Shown here: positions 20,679-29,690 of the stretch, piece by piece | Numbering within the stretch: the stretch's first letter is position 1 | Layout: each line of letters starts with the position of its first letter | From: Dermatophilaceae bacterium | GTDB lineage: Bacteria; Actinomycetota; Actinomycetes; Actinomycetales; Dermatophilaceae | Direction: 5' to 3' | Assembly: GCA_035691065.1 (NCBI GenBank) | Contig: DASSJT010000063.1 | Coordinates: 19,489-83,488, forward strand | DNA: 64,000 nt | Translations under genes and position numbers: made by a program | Notes under the pieces: model-generated | Seen by the model: the letters and a program-made list of their open reading frames with translations, nothing else | Database searches by the model: none | Told to the model about the DNA's origin: nothing

Positions 20679-20760
20679 GCATGTCGCGAGACGTCGCCAC
20701 CAGACTTGTGTCGGCCGAGACGCTCGTCACCGCCCGGCCGTCGTGACCGCCCGGCCGTGG

Positions 20761-22902
20761 TCACCAGGAGCCGCCGGAGTCCCCTCCACCGCCACCGCCG
20801 GAGAACCCGCCACCCGCGGAGAAACCGCTTCGGCCGGACGACCCGGGTGTCGAGACAAACGTTCCCGCGGCCGTCGTTGAGAACGAGTCCATGCTCGCCG
20901 CGAGGTGGCCGAAGCCTCCGTCGGGGAAGGCGCCGATGTACCAGATCGGCGCCGGGATGGTGTACCCAGCCGCACGAGCTGCGGCCGCCACCTCCTCGAA
21001 CGTCTGCGCCCACTTCTCGGCGACGCCGAAGACGATGGCGAAGGGGAGGTAGCGGCTGAAGATGTCCTGCGCCTCCTCCCACTTGATCTGGTTGGCCTCG
21101 GCGGTGACGAGGTACTGGCGGAAGCCGAGCGACTGTGCCAGCACCGCCGACCCATCTGCTGTGCGTGCGGCCATCCGCTTGCCCAGGGCGCTCACGATGA
21201 AGCCGCTGACGATGATGCCGGCCGACAGGGCCAGGGGCGGTGGGAACGGCAGCGGGCCGTTCTCGAACAGTCCGCCGAAACCCCCGCCGAAACCGAAGAC
21301 CCAGATCGAGAAGAACCCCGCACCCACGAGCAACCGGCCAAAGTTGACCCAGCCGCTGCGCTGTGCCCGCGGGGAGCGGCGGAACCAGCCGCGGCGCACC
21401 ACTTCGTCGTACATCAGGGACTGGACCCGGCCCAACGTGGGAGCGAAGGAGTTCTTGAGGTCACTGAGGTAGACCGTTGGCCCGGAGGCGAAGACGCCGT
21501 CGAGGAGCTCCTGCTCGTAGGGCGCCAGGGCCGGCCCGGTGGGCGGGGCGTCGGTGCGGGTGAGCAGCCAGTCGCCCCGCGAGAACATGCTGCGGCCGGC
21601 GACTTCCGCGAGGGTGAGGTGCCCCCGCACCGCGAGGTCGATGAGCGTCCCAGTCACGTCGACGACGTCAGCCGACTCGTCGATGACCGTGCCCAGCATG
21701 CCCGGCTGCACCGCGGCGGGCGGCGTGAACTGGACGGCGACGGTGGGCGCGTGGCTGGTCACGACGACCTGGCCCGAGTCGCCGGTGCCGGGAGTCAGCC
21801 CGGGGGTCAGGCCGGCATACTGCTCGTCCCTGCCCCGCTGGTAGACGAGCAGGCCCATGAACCCGGCCGCGAGCAGCGGCAGCAGTCCCCCGAGCCCGAG
21901 GAACAGCCCGGTGGCCAGGCGCTGGGTGCGCGGCGACAGCACGCTCTCGTTGGAGGTGCCGGCGTCGCCCTCGCGGACGTCCGGCTCCAGGGTCCCGAAC
22001 GCGGAGCGCGGGAACGACGCCAGGATCGAGGCGCCCTCACCCGGCTTGGCATCGGGCGCGGCGAACGTCGTGACGCTGCCCGCCTTGGCCTCGCACTGGT
22101 CCGTCGCGCCGCGCTCGCCGTAGAAGCACGCCGCCTTGGTCGCCGGGACCGGGCCGGTGAGCGTGGCCGAGACGTTCTCGTAGACGTCGTTGTTGGAGGG
22201 GTCGACGAGGTTGTAGTAGAACTCGGCGCTGGTGTCGTCGATCGCGTTGATGTAGTTGGCCAGGCGGAACTTCACGACGTAGCTCTGCCGACCCTCCACG
22301 CTTTTGGACGGGCTTCCGATCCGGATCCGCTTGAAGGCCCCGAAGTCGCTGATCGAGATGTCCGCCGGGGCGCCGGTCGGTGAGGCCGCCGACACCTCGC
22401 TGAGCTCGTAGTAGCGGTAGCGGTTCGGCTGGTCCTGGTAGCCCGCTCGGACCTTCACCAGCCGCTCGATGCCGTGGCGCACCTCGCCCTCGGGGAACTG
22501 CCAGGTGATGCTCTGCGTGACGCTGATGGACCCGTCGCCGTTGGCGACATAGTCGACGTGGAACCGGGTTGCCTTGTCCTGCGCGCTCACTCCCCAGGCG
22601 GTGGCCGGGACGGCGGTGGCCGGGAAGGCGGTCGTCGGCACACGCGCAGCTGAGGCGTATGCCGTGCCGGCACCGGCCGTGCCCGCGCCCAGGAGCAGGG
22701 TCGCCGCCATGGCCGCCACGTGGGCACCGCGCCGTGTCGGGCGCGCCAGTCGTGCCGGGCGCGCCTGTCGTGCCGGTCTTGCCAGTCGTTCCGGTGCGGC
22801 TTTTCGTGCCGGTGGTGCCTGTCGTGCTGGGCGCTTCCGCGCCATGGGGCGAGGTGGCCCCGGCCGCCGCGGTTCCTCTCGCGGTCTCGACGGCAGCGGC
22901 AT
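20761..22902 (-). CDS. DUF2207 domain-containing membrane protein
   Basis: Up to 713 aa. Extracytoplasmic DUF2207-like N-domain (ITWQFPEGEVRHGIERLVKVR...YVVKFRLANYINAI), several TM segments and a Gly-rich C-terminus. The ATG overlaps the smpB stop (ATGA). The start is uncertain because the N-terminus is a low-complexity RPAR repeat. Confidence 0.75.
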   Translation of the reverse strand: MPLPSRPREEPRRPGPPRPMARKRPARQAPPARKAAPERLARPARQARPARLARPTRRGAHVAAMAATLLLGAGTAGAGTAYASAARVPTTAFPATAVPATAWGVSAQDKATRFHVDYVANGDGSISVTQSITWQFPEGEVRHGIERLVKVRAGYQDQPNRYRYYELSEVSAASPTGAPADISISDFGAFKRIRIGSPSKSVEGRQSYVVKFRLANYINAIDDTSAEFYYNLVDPSNNDVYENVSATLTGPVPATKAACFYGERGATDQCEAKAGSVTTFAAPDAKPGEGASILASFPRSAFGTLEPDVREGDAGTSNESVLSPRTQRLATGLFLGLGGLLPLLAAGFMGLLVYQRGRDEQYAGLTPGLTPGTGDSGQVVVTSHAPTVAVQFTPPAAVQPGMLGTVIDESADVVDVTGTLIDLAVRGHLTLAEVAGRSMFSRGDWLLTRTDAPPTGPALAPYEQELLDGVFASGPTVYLSDLKNSFAPTLGRVQSLMYDEVVRRGWFRRSPRAQRSGWVNFGRLLVGAGFFSIWVFGFGGGFGGLFENGPLPFPPPLALSAGIIVSGFIVSALGKRMAARTADGSAVLAQSLGFRQYLVTAEANQIKWEEAQDIFSRYLPFAIVFGVAEKWAQTFEEVAAAARAAGYTIPAPIWYIGAFPDGGFGHLAASMDSFSTTAAGTFVSTPGSSGRSGFSAGGGFSGGGGGGDSGGSW

Positions 22903-23369
22903 CAGCGCCCCCTGGAGTGGAGTGCGCGCTCGGCGTCGCGGCGGTCCTGCCGCTCACGAAGCGCCTGGCGCTTGTCGTAGGACTTCTTGCCCTTGGCGAT
23001 GGCGATCTCGACCTTGGCGCGGCCGTCCTTGAAGTACAGCGAGAGGGGAACGATGGTGTGGCCGCTCTCGCGCGTCTTCTGCGCGATCTTGTCGAGCTCG
23101 CGACGGTTGAGCAGCAGCTTGCGGCGCCGGCGGGGGGTGTGGTTGGTCCAGGTGCCGGCGACGTACTCGGGGATGTGGACCCCCTCGAGCCAGAGCTCGT
23201 CGCCCCGGAAGGTGGCGTAGCCGTCGACAAGCGAGGCGCGGCCCATCCGCAGGGACTTCACCTCGGTGCCCATCAAGACCAGGCCGGCTTCGAAGGTGTC
23301 CTCGATGAGGTAGTCGTGGCGCGCCTTGCGGTTGCTCGCAATCACCTTGCGCCCCTGCTCCTTGGCCAC
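22902..23369 (-). CDS. smpB: SsrA-binding protein SmpB
   Basis: 155 aa: [32 protein letters not shown]...[15 protein letters not shown]. Confidence 0.95.
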   Translation of the reverse strand: MAKEQGRKVIASNRKARHDYLIEDTFEAGLVLMGTEVKSLRMGRASLVDGYATFRGDELWLEGVHIPEYVAGTWTNHTPRRRRKLLLNRRELDKIAQKTRESGHTIVPLSLYFKDGRAKVEIAIAKGKKSYDKRQALRERQDRRDAERALHSRGR

Positions 23370-23502
23370 CGCCGATCCCTCACTCCGCGCTCGCTGCCGA
23401 CTCGGGTGGCAACGCTACCGTGCACGGGCGAATGCTCCGCCACCGCCGCGTCCGGGGGCTCCCCACCTGCCGCCTCGGGGTCGCCCCACTCTCCTCGACG
23501 TT

Positions 23503-23560
23503 GTATGCCGGAGGAGCGGGCTCCGGTGCCCCGGGCACCCCAAACGCTCCACCGGCATAC
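23503..23560. repeat. REP-like palindromic intergenic element bounded by inverted GTATGCCGG / CCGGCATAC
   Basis: GTATGCCGGAGGAGCG...CGCTCCACCGGCATAC, with 16-nt arms complementary except at one position. A sibling lies at 27506-27564. Confidence 0.7.
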
Positions 23561-23607
23561 AACCTCGGCTCTGCGGTTCGGCGGGTGCTCGGGATCGGAG
23601 CGCGGGG

Positions 23608-24930
23608 CTACAGCCACCTGCGGGGGTCGACCGGCGTGCCGTCCTGTCGGGTCTCGAAGTGGAGGTGGCAGCCAGTGGAGAGCCCGGTCGTGCCGACGTA
23701 GCCGATGACCTGGCCGCGCTGGACGTGGCCGCCCCGGACCGCGAACCGGCTCATGTGGTTGTAGGTCGTGGTGAGGTCGACGCCGCGGTGGATGCCGTGG
23801 TCGATCACGATCCGGTTGCCGTAGCCACCGCCCCAGCCTGCGGAGATGATCGTCCCCGAGGCCGCGGCGTAGATCGGCGAGCCACACGCGCCGGCGTAGT
23901 CGCGACCGGCGTGCAGGCGCCAGTAGTGCAGGATCGGGTGCCAGCGCAGCCCGAACTCCGAGGAGACCCAGGCGCTGGAGGGCGCCGAGAGGTACCCACC
24001 CGAGTCACGCGGTGGCACGTAGGCACGGCCCGACCGGCGAGCCGCCGCCCGCGCGGCGGCCTCACGGGCTGCGGCTGCCCGCTTCTCGGCCGCGGCACGA
24101 GCGCGCAGCACGGCCGCGAGCCGGTCGGACTCCCGCTGCATGTCGGCGAGCCGCCTGTGCTCGGCCGCCTGCTTCGCCGTGAGTGCCTTGGTCTGGGCAG
24201 CTTGGGTGACCGCCAGGGCGTCGAGCTCGGTCTTCGCGGTTGCCGCGGCGCCCCGGGCAGCGGCGGCCTGCTGGAGTGCCTCAGCCGCCTGCGCCTCGGC
24301 CCGGGCGACATCCTCGCGCAGGGCGGTCAGGTGGGCGCGCTGGGCGTTGGCACTGGCCTGCTGCGCAGCCAGCCGCCCGAGGCTCTGGGCCTGCACGTCG
24401 AGGACCGTGTCGGCCATTGCTATGCGGGTCGCGAAGTCGTCAGGGCTCGTCGAGTCCATGGCGACGGACAGCTGGCCGAGCCCCTGGTCCTGGTACATCT
24501 GGGCGGCGAAGTGGGCGACTCGGCTGCGAGCCGCGGAGATCTGGTCGGTCGTCTTCGCCAGCTCTTCCTCGGCCCGAGTCTCGTTCGCACGGGCCACGTC
24601 GAGGGCGATCAGCATCGCATCGTGGCGCTGGCTCGCGGTGCGCTCGTCGGCCTGGGCCTTGAGCAGCTTCGCCTGGGCGACCGGGATCGCGGCCTGTGTC
24701 TTCTCCAGGGCCGCGGCTACGCGTCGGAGATCGGCCGACGTGTCGTCGAGGTTGCTCTTGAGCTGCTCGATGCCGCGGTCGACCTTGCGCTTCTGGTCGC
24801 GGGTGTCAGCCGTCGCCGCCGTCGAGGCCACGAGGGCCAGGCAGCAGCCCATGACGATGCTGATGCCCAGCAGCTGACCGAGCAGTCGACTTCGCTGGAG
24901 CACGGGCATGGGCAAGCCGTCGGGTCCCAT
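23608..24930 (-). CDS. M23 family metallopeptidase with long coiled-coil (EnvC/PcsB-like layout)
   Basis: 440 aa. Hydrophobic N-terminus, about 250 aa of Ala/Gln/Arg-rich coiled coil, and a C-terminal LytM domain (HAGRDYAG, GTTGLSTGCHLHFE). The start could instead be the second ATG at 24909. Confidence 0.85.
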   Translation of the reverse strand: MGPDGLPMPVLQRSRLLGQLLGISIVMGCCLALVASTAATADTRDQKRKVDRGIEQLKSNLDDTSADLRRVAAALEKTQAAIPVAQAKLLKAQADERTASQRHDAMLIALDVARANETRAEEELAKTTDQISAARSRVAHFAAQMYQDQGLGQLSVAMDSTSPDDFATRIAMADTVLDVQAQSLGRLAAQQASANAQRAHLTALREDVARAEAQAAEALQQAAAARGAAATAKTELDALAVTQAAQTKALTAKQAAEHRRLADMQRESDRLAAVLRARAAAEKRAAAAREAAARAAARRSGRAYVPPRDSGGYLSAPSSAWVSSEFGLRWHPILHYWRLHAGRDYAGACGSPIYAAASGTIISAGWGGGYGNRIVIDHGIHRGVDLTTTYNHMSRFAVRGGHVQRGQVIGYVGTTGLSTGCHLHFETRQDGTPVDPRRWL

Positions 24931-25000
24931 GAGTCACAGTGGTAACACGCATCACAGTGGTGTGACAACGCAACGCGCCGCGCGGGGACGGCGGCGCTGG

Positions 25001-25125
25001 GAAATCGCGCCATGGCGACGTTTTCGGCCGGTCGGACCACTCGACGCCGGCGGAATCGCGCCGTGGCGACGTTTTCAGCCACTCGGACCACTGGACGCCG
25101 GCGGAGTCGCGCCATGGCGGGAGAC
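25001..25125. repeat. 51-52 bp tandem repeat (2.4 copies), each unit carrying a CGCCATGGCG-type palindrome
   Basis: Units start at 25001, 25053 and 25104. The array lies in the ftsX-stop to M23-start spacer. Confidence 0.8.
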
Positions 25126-25160
25126 TCCCGCCTGGGTGGACCGTCAGAGGCGGAGATCCC

Positions 25161-26069
25161 TCAGACGCGCAGGTAGCGCCAGAGCGTCAGCCAGGCCGTG
25201 GCGATCGACAGGGCGGCCATGCCCAGGACCATCCACGGCGTGATCACCCACACGTCGGAGACCCCGATGAAGGCCTGGTCGAGGATCAGCTTGTTCAGGT
25301 AGTGGCCGAACCCATAGTTGACCGTCGCCCACAGCAAGGCGGTGGCCAGGACGGCACCCGCAAGCGCCGCGACCAGGGTCTCGACGATGAACGGGAAGCG
25401 GATCGTGAAGTTCGACGCACCGACCAGCTTCATGATGCCGATCTCGCGTCTTCGGGTGAACGCCGCCTGCCGGATCGTGGTCGCCATGAGGAGGGTGGCG
25501 CACAGCACCATCAGGGCAGCCAGGATGAACGAGAACAGCGTGATCAGGTTGATCCCGGTGAAGACCTTCTCGAGCACCTTCTTCTGGTCCTGCACCAGGC
25601 CCACGCCGGGCGCCCCCTCGAACGAGCTCACGATGATGTCGTACTTCGTCGGGTCGGATAGCTGTACGCGATAGCTCTGTGGAATGTCCCCCACCTGCAC
25701 GCTCCCGGCGAGGGGGCTGTTGCGGAACTGCGCCTGGAACCGGTCGTACGCCTGCTGCTCGGACTCGTAGTAGACGTTCTTCACCAGCGGCTTCATCGTC
25801 TCCAGCTGGGCCTTGATGGTCTGCTTCTGCTCCTCGGTCACCGCGCGGCCGGCACAGTTGGGCTGTCCGGAGTTCTCGGTGCACATGAAGATCGTGACCT
25901 GCACCCGGTCGTACCAGAAGCCCTTGAGGGTGTCGGCCTGGCGCTGGGCCAGCAGCCCCAGCCCGAGCAGGTACATCGACACCATCGTCACGAGGATGAC
26001 CGAGAGGGCCATGGTCAGGTTGCGTCGCAGACCGATCCAAATCTCGCTGAGCATGAACTGCAGTCGCAT
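25161..26069 (-). CDS. ftsX: cell division permease FtsX
   Basis: 302 aa from the ATG at 26069 (MRLQFMLSEIWIGLRRNLTMALS). It has 4 TM segments and a periplasmic loop. The longer track ORF is a GC artefact. Confidence 0.9.
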   Translation of the reverse strand: MRLQFMLSEIWIGLRRNLTMALSVILVTMVSMYLLGLGLLAQRQADTLKGFWYDRVQVTIFMCTENSGQPNCAGRAVTEEQKQTIKAQLETMKPLVKNVYYESEQQAYDRFQAQFRNSPLAGSVQVGDIPQSYRVQLSDPTKYDIIVSSFEGAPGVGLVQDQKKVLEKVFTGINLITLFSFILAALMVLCATLLMATTIRQAAFTRRREIGIMKLVGASNFTIRFPFIVETLVAALAGAVLATALLWATVNYGFGHYLNKLILDQAFIGVSDVWVITPWMVLGMAALSIATAWLTLWRYLRV

Positions 26070-26217
26070 CAGGTATGCCGTGTTCTTCCGTGTGTGAGCG
26101 CGTCCGGTGGGTGCGGGGCTGAGTGCTGTGCTGGTGGGGTGGGCGCTGGCCGGGCGGGTGCCTGTGGGGTGGGGGTTGGCAGAGCCGCCGTGCGGGTCTC
26201 CTCGGTCTTCCGGGAGC

Positions 26218-27348
26218 TCAGGCCTCGTCGCCGGAGGGGCCGATGGGCTTGCTCTGCCGGGACCGCCTGACCTTGCGTGCCGTCTTGGGCACGGTCTCGG
26301 GACCGCTGCCAGCCTTCGCCTGGGCCGGTTCGGCTGGCGGTTCGGCTGGCGATGCGACAGCCGGTTCGGATGCCGGTGCGGCAGCCGGTTCGGGTGCCGA
26401 TGCGGCACGCGGTTCGGCTGCTGACGAGGGCGGCGAAGCATCCGTCGGCTCAGACGCCTCGACAGCGGGCTCGACAGCGGGCTCGACAGCGGGCTCGACA
26501 ACGGGCATGACAGCGGGCTCGACGTCGCGCTGAGCGGCGGGCCCGGTCGCCTGCCGGTCCGCCGTGTCACCGCGGTCCGCTTGGGCGGCCGGCCCAGCCC
26601 GCTGAGCCTGCCCAGCCCGCTCCATTCGCTCAGCCGGCTCAGCCCGCTCAGGCGGCTCAGCGGGAGCCGGCTCGTAGCTGCCGCGGCTCTCGTCCCGGAC
26701 CACGACCCCGTCGCTCAGCTCGACCACCCGCTTGCGCAGCTGGTTAACGATGTCGTCGTCGTGAGTGGCCATGACGATGGTGGTGCCGGTGCGGTTGATC
26801 CGGTCGAGCAGGCGCACGATGTCGAGGCTGATCGCCGGGTCGAGGTTTCCGGTCGGCTCGTCGGCGAGCAGGATCGGCGGCTTGTTGACGAACGCCCGCG
26901 CGATCGCGACCCGCTGCTGCTCGCCGCCGGACAGCTCGTGCGGCAGCCGCTTCTCCTTGCCCGCGAGGCCCACCATCTCCAGGGTCTCCGGCACGACCTG
27001 CCGGATCGCGTGGCCCGACTTGCCCAACACCTGCAGGGCGAAGGCGACGTTCTGGTAGACGGTCTTGTTGGGCAGGAGCCGGAAGTCCTGGAACACCGTG
27101 CCGATCTCGCGCCGCAACCGGGGCACCTTGCGCAGCGGAAGGGTGCGCAGCTCGCGCCCAGCCACGAGCACCGAGCCCTCGGTCGCCTGCTCCTCCCGCA
27201 GCACGAGCCGCAACAGGGTGGACTTGCCTGAGCCGGACGGCCCCACGACGAAGACGAACTCGCCGCGCTCGATGTTGAGGTCGACCCCGGAAAGAGCGGG
27301 ACGGCTCGACCTCGGGTAGGTCTTGGTGACGTTCTCGAACCGGATCAT
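26218..27348 (-). CDS. ftsE: cell division ATP-binding protein FtsE with ~150-aa low-complexity C-terminal extension
   Basis: Starts [11 protein letters not shown]. Walker [10 protein letters not shown], signature LSGGEQQR, Walker B ILLADEPT. The frame stays open about 450 nt past the ABC domain through PAE/VEPA repeats. Confidence 0.88.
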   Translation of the reverse strand: MIRFENVTKTYPRSSRPALSGVDLNIERGEFVFVVGPSGSGKSTLLRLVLREEQATEGSVLVAGRELRTLPLRKVPRLRREIGTVFQDFRLLPNKTVYQNVAFALQVLGKSGHAIRQVVPETLEMVGLAGKEKRLPHELSGGEQQRVAIARAFVNKPPILLADEPTGNLDPAISLDIVRLLDRINRTGTTIVMATHDDDIVNQLRKRVVELSDGVVVRDESRGSYEPAPAEPPERAEPAERMERAGQAQRAGPAAQADRGDTADRQATGPAAQRDVEPAVMPVVEPAVEPAVEPAVEASEPTDASPPSSAAEPRAASAPEPAAAPASEPAVASPAEPPAEPAQAKAGSGPETVPKTARKVRRSRQSKPIGPSGDEA

Positions 27349-27505
27349 GCGCGGTCTGCGGCCTTCACGCCTTGGGGACAGGACGGCATACGGGCTGGAC
27401 ATGCGCCAGCGGCGCACCCGGGTGCCTTTCGAGGATAGGCAGAGCACCGCCCGATCGGGCGCAGCGCCCGCCTGTCGGCGTGGCACCCAACCACGCCGAC
27501 AGTCC

Positions 27506-27564
27506 GTATGCCGGCCGAGCGGCCTGGGCGGGGCCGGGCACCGGACCCCGCTCCCCCGGCATAC
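27506..27564. repeat. REP-like palindromic intergenic element bounded by inverted GTATGCCGG / CCGGCATAC
   Basis: GTATGCCGGCCGAGCGG...CCGCTCCCCCGGCATAC. It shares the internal words GAGCGG, CCGGGCACC and CGCTCC with the element at 23503-23560. It lies between the prfB stop and the ftsE start. Confidence 0.7.
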
Positions 27565-27576
27565 GACGTCGCAGCG

Positions 27577-28692
27577 TCAGGCCTGCGCCTTCTCCTGCTC
27601 CTTGCGCCACCGGATGCCGGCCTCGATGAAGCCGTCGATGTCGCCGTCGAAGACGGCCTGGGGGTTGCCGACTTCATAGTCGGTGCGCAGGTCCTTGACC
27701 ATCTGGTAGGGCTGCAGCACGTAGGACCGCATCTGGTCGCCCCAGCTGGCCTTGACGTCGCCCGCCATCTCCTTCTTGGTGGCGGCCTCCTCGGCCTTCT
27801 TCAGCAGAAGGAGCCGCGACTGGAGCACGCGGAGCGCGGCGGCGCGGTTCTGGATCTGGGACTTCTCGTTCTGCATCGACACGACGATGCCGGTTGGGAG
27901 GTGCGTCATGCGCACCGCAGAGTCGGTCGTGTTGACCGACTGGCCGCCGGGGCCGCTGGAGCGGAAGACGTCGACCTTGATCTCGCTGTCGGGAATTTCG
28001 ATGTGGTCGGTCGACCCGATGAGCGGGATCACCTCGACCGCGGCGAAGCTGGTCTGGCGACGGCCCTGGTTGTCGAACGGGCTGATCCGCACCAGCCGGT
28101 GGGTGCCGCCCTCGACCGAGAGGTTGCCGTAGGCGTACGGCACGTTGACCTCGAAGGTGGCCGACTTCAGCCCGGCCTCCTCGGCGTAGGACGTGTCCAT
28201 CACCTTGGTCGGGTAGCCGTGGCGCTCGGCCCAGCGGAGGTACATACGCAGCAGCATCTCGGCGAAGTCGGCCGCGTCGACGCCGCCCGCGCCGGACCGG
28301 ATCGTCACGACCGCCTCGCGCTCGTCGTACTCCCCGTTGAGCAGCGTGCGGACCTCCAGCTCGCCGACGGCTTTCTTGACCGACCGCAGCTCCTGCTCTG
28401 CCTCGACCATCGTCTCGGCGTCGCCGCCGTCCTCAGTACCCATCTCGACCAGGGTCTCGAGGTCGTCGATCTGCGCATCCATGCTCGTCACCCGCTCGAA
28501 CTCCGCATTCGCGCGCGACAGCGCGGAGGTGACGACCTGGGCCCTCTCCTGGTCATCCCAGAGGTCGGGCGCCGCCGCCTTGGTCTCGAGGTCGGCGATC
28601 CGGGCCTTGAGGGACTCGAGGTCAGTCACCTCGCGCACGGACGCCATGGTCGCGCGCAGGTCCTTGATCTCCTGGGTGAAGTCGACAGCCAC
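27577..28692 (-). CDS. prfB: peptide chain release factor 2
   Basis: 371 aa from the GTG at 28692 (a TTG at 28701 is possible). SPF motif (RISPFDNQ) and GGQ motif ([10 protein letters not shown]). A single continuous frame with no programmed frameshift. Confidence 0.92.
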   Translation of the reverse strand: MAVDFTQEIKDLRATMASVREVTDLESLKARIADLETKAAAPDLWDDQERAQVVTSALSRANAEFERVTSMDAQIDDLETLVEMGTEDGGDAETMVEAEQELRSVKKAVGELEVRTLLNGEYDEREAVVTIRSGAGGVDAADFAEMLLRMYLRWAERHGYPTKVMDTSYAEEAGLKSATFEVNVPYAYGNLSVEGGTHRLVRISPFDNQGRRQTSFAAVEVIPLIGSTDHIEIPDSEIKVDVFRSSGPGGQSVNTTDSAVRMTHLPTGIVVSMQNEKSQIQNRAAALRVLQSRLLLLKKAEEAATKKEMAGDVKASWGDQMRSYVLQPYQMVKDLRTDYEVGNPQAVFDGDIDGFIEAGIRWRKEQEKAQA

Positions 28693-28749
28693 AAAGGTCA
28701 AGCCTAAGGCACCCGCGGGGGTATGCCGGTCGGCCGCCGACCCCGCCAC

Positions 28750-28900
28750 CCTTCCGAGGCTGCCCTGCTGGCTGCGCTTCCGAGGCTGCCCTTCGCATGC
28801 TGCCCTTCGCATGCTGCCCTTCGCAGGCTGCCCCTCCGACGCCGGCCCCTGCTGACACTGCCCTGCTGACGCCCCACTGCTGACACTGACGCTGCCCACC
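28750..28900. repeat. patchwork of short direct repeats in the prfB/PIG-L divergent region
   Basis: CTTCCGAGGCTGCCC x2, a 14-bp TGCCCTTCGCATGC unit x2.5, and CCTGCTGAC x3. The periods are not multiples of 3. Confidence 0.7.
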
Positions 28901-28961
28901 CTCCCACTGCGCGCCGCCCGCGCTCCCCGCGGAACCTGATCCGTGCCCGTAAGGTTCGGAC

Positions 28962-29690
28962 ATGGGCGATCAGCTGATGGCTTTCGACGAGGACTGGTCC
29001 ACCGCACTGTGCATCGCGGCGCACCCTGACGACCTCGAGTACGGCACTGCCGCGGCGGTGCACCGCTGGATCGAGCAGGGCAAGACCGTCACCTATGCAC
29101 TGGTGACGCGAGGCGAGGCCGGCATCGACGGCATGGCGCCCGCCGAGGCAGGGTCGGTGCGCGAGGCAGAGGAGGTTGCCGGAGCCGCCGAGGTAGGGGT
29201 CGACGTCGTCGACTTCCTCGACGGCTTCACAGACGGCACGGTCGAGTACGGGCTGGCCCTGCGCCGCGCCCTCGCCCGCGAGATCCGCCGCCGCCAACCC
29301 GACGTCGTCATCACCGGCACCCACCACGAGCGGTTCGCCGGCGGCGGCACCAACCAGGCCGACCACCGGGCAGTCGGCCTCGCGGTGATCGACGCCTGCG
29401 CAGACGCGGGAAACCGGTGGATCTTCCCCGACCTCATCAAGGAGGGCTTCGAGCCCTGGGGCGGCGTGCGCAGGATCGGCCTCGCCGCCTCGCCCGAGGC
29501 GACGCACTTCGTCGACGTCGCGGGCCACTTCCACCCCGCGGTCCGGTCGCTGGAGGCGCACACGCACTACCTCGAGGGGCTCGGCGACAGCTACCCGCCC
29601 CCGCGCGACCTGCTCAACATGATCCTCGGTGGCGGCGGCCAGCGGGCCGGCGTCGAGCACGCCCTGCTGCTGGAGGTCTTCGAGCGGTGA
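28962..29690 (+). CDS. PIG-L/LmbE family deacetylase
   Basis: 242 aa with the AHPDDLEYG motif near the N-terminus, typical of the LmbE/MshB/Mca-type fold. Confidence 0.8.
   Translation: MGDQLMAFDEDWSTALCIAAHPDDLEYGTAAAVHRWIEQGKTVTYALVTRGEAGIDGMAPAEAGSVREAEEVAGAAEVGVDVVDFLDGFTDGTVEYGLALRRALAREIRRRQPDVVITGTHHERFAGGGTNQADHRAVGLAVIDACADAGNRWIFPDLIKEGFEPWGGVRRIGLAASPEATHFVDVAGHFHPAVRSLEAHTHYLEGLGDSYPPPRDLLNMILGGGGQRAGVEHALLLEVFER

Noticed and set aside
24931-25160. Known riboswitch (for example the ydaO/c-di-AMP type often found upstream of actinobacterial cell-wall hydrolases) in the M23 leader.
   Set aside because: I could not recognise the conserved cores of that or any other riboswitch class by eye. 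The region is instead a simple 51-bp tandem duplication. A covariance-model scan would be needed to be sure.
26070-26570. N-terminal extension making FtsX 469 aa.
   Set aside because: The extension is low-complexity, overlaps the ftsE tail in another frame, and the canonical FtsX N-terminus (MRLQFMLSEIW...) starts at 26069.
27577-29007. Programmed +1 frameshift or a long N-terminal extension in prfB.
   Set aside because: The RF2 sequence is continuous in one frame from [10 protein letters not shown] onward, with no in-frame UGA or CUU-UGA slippery site. The upstream part of the track ORF runs through non-coding direct repeats.
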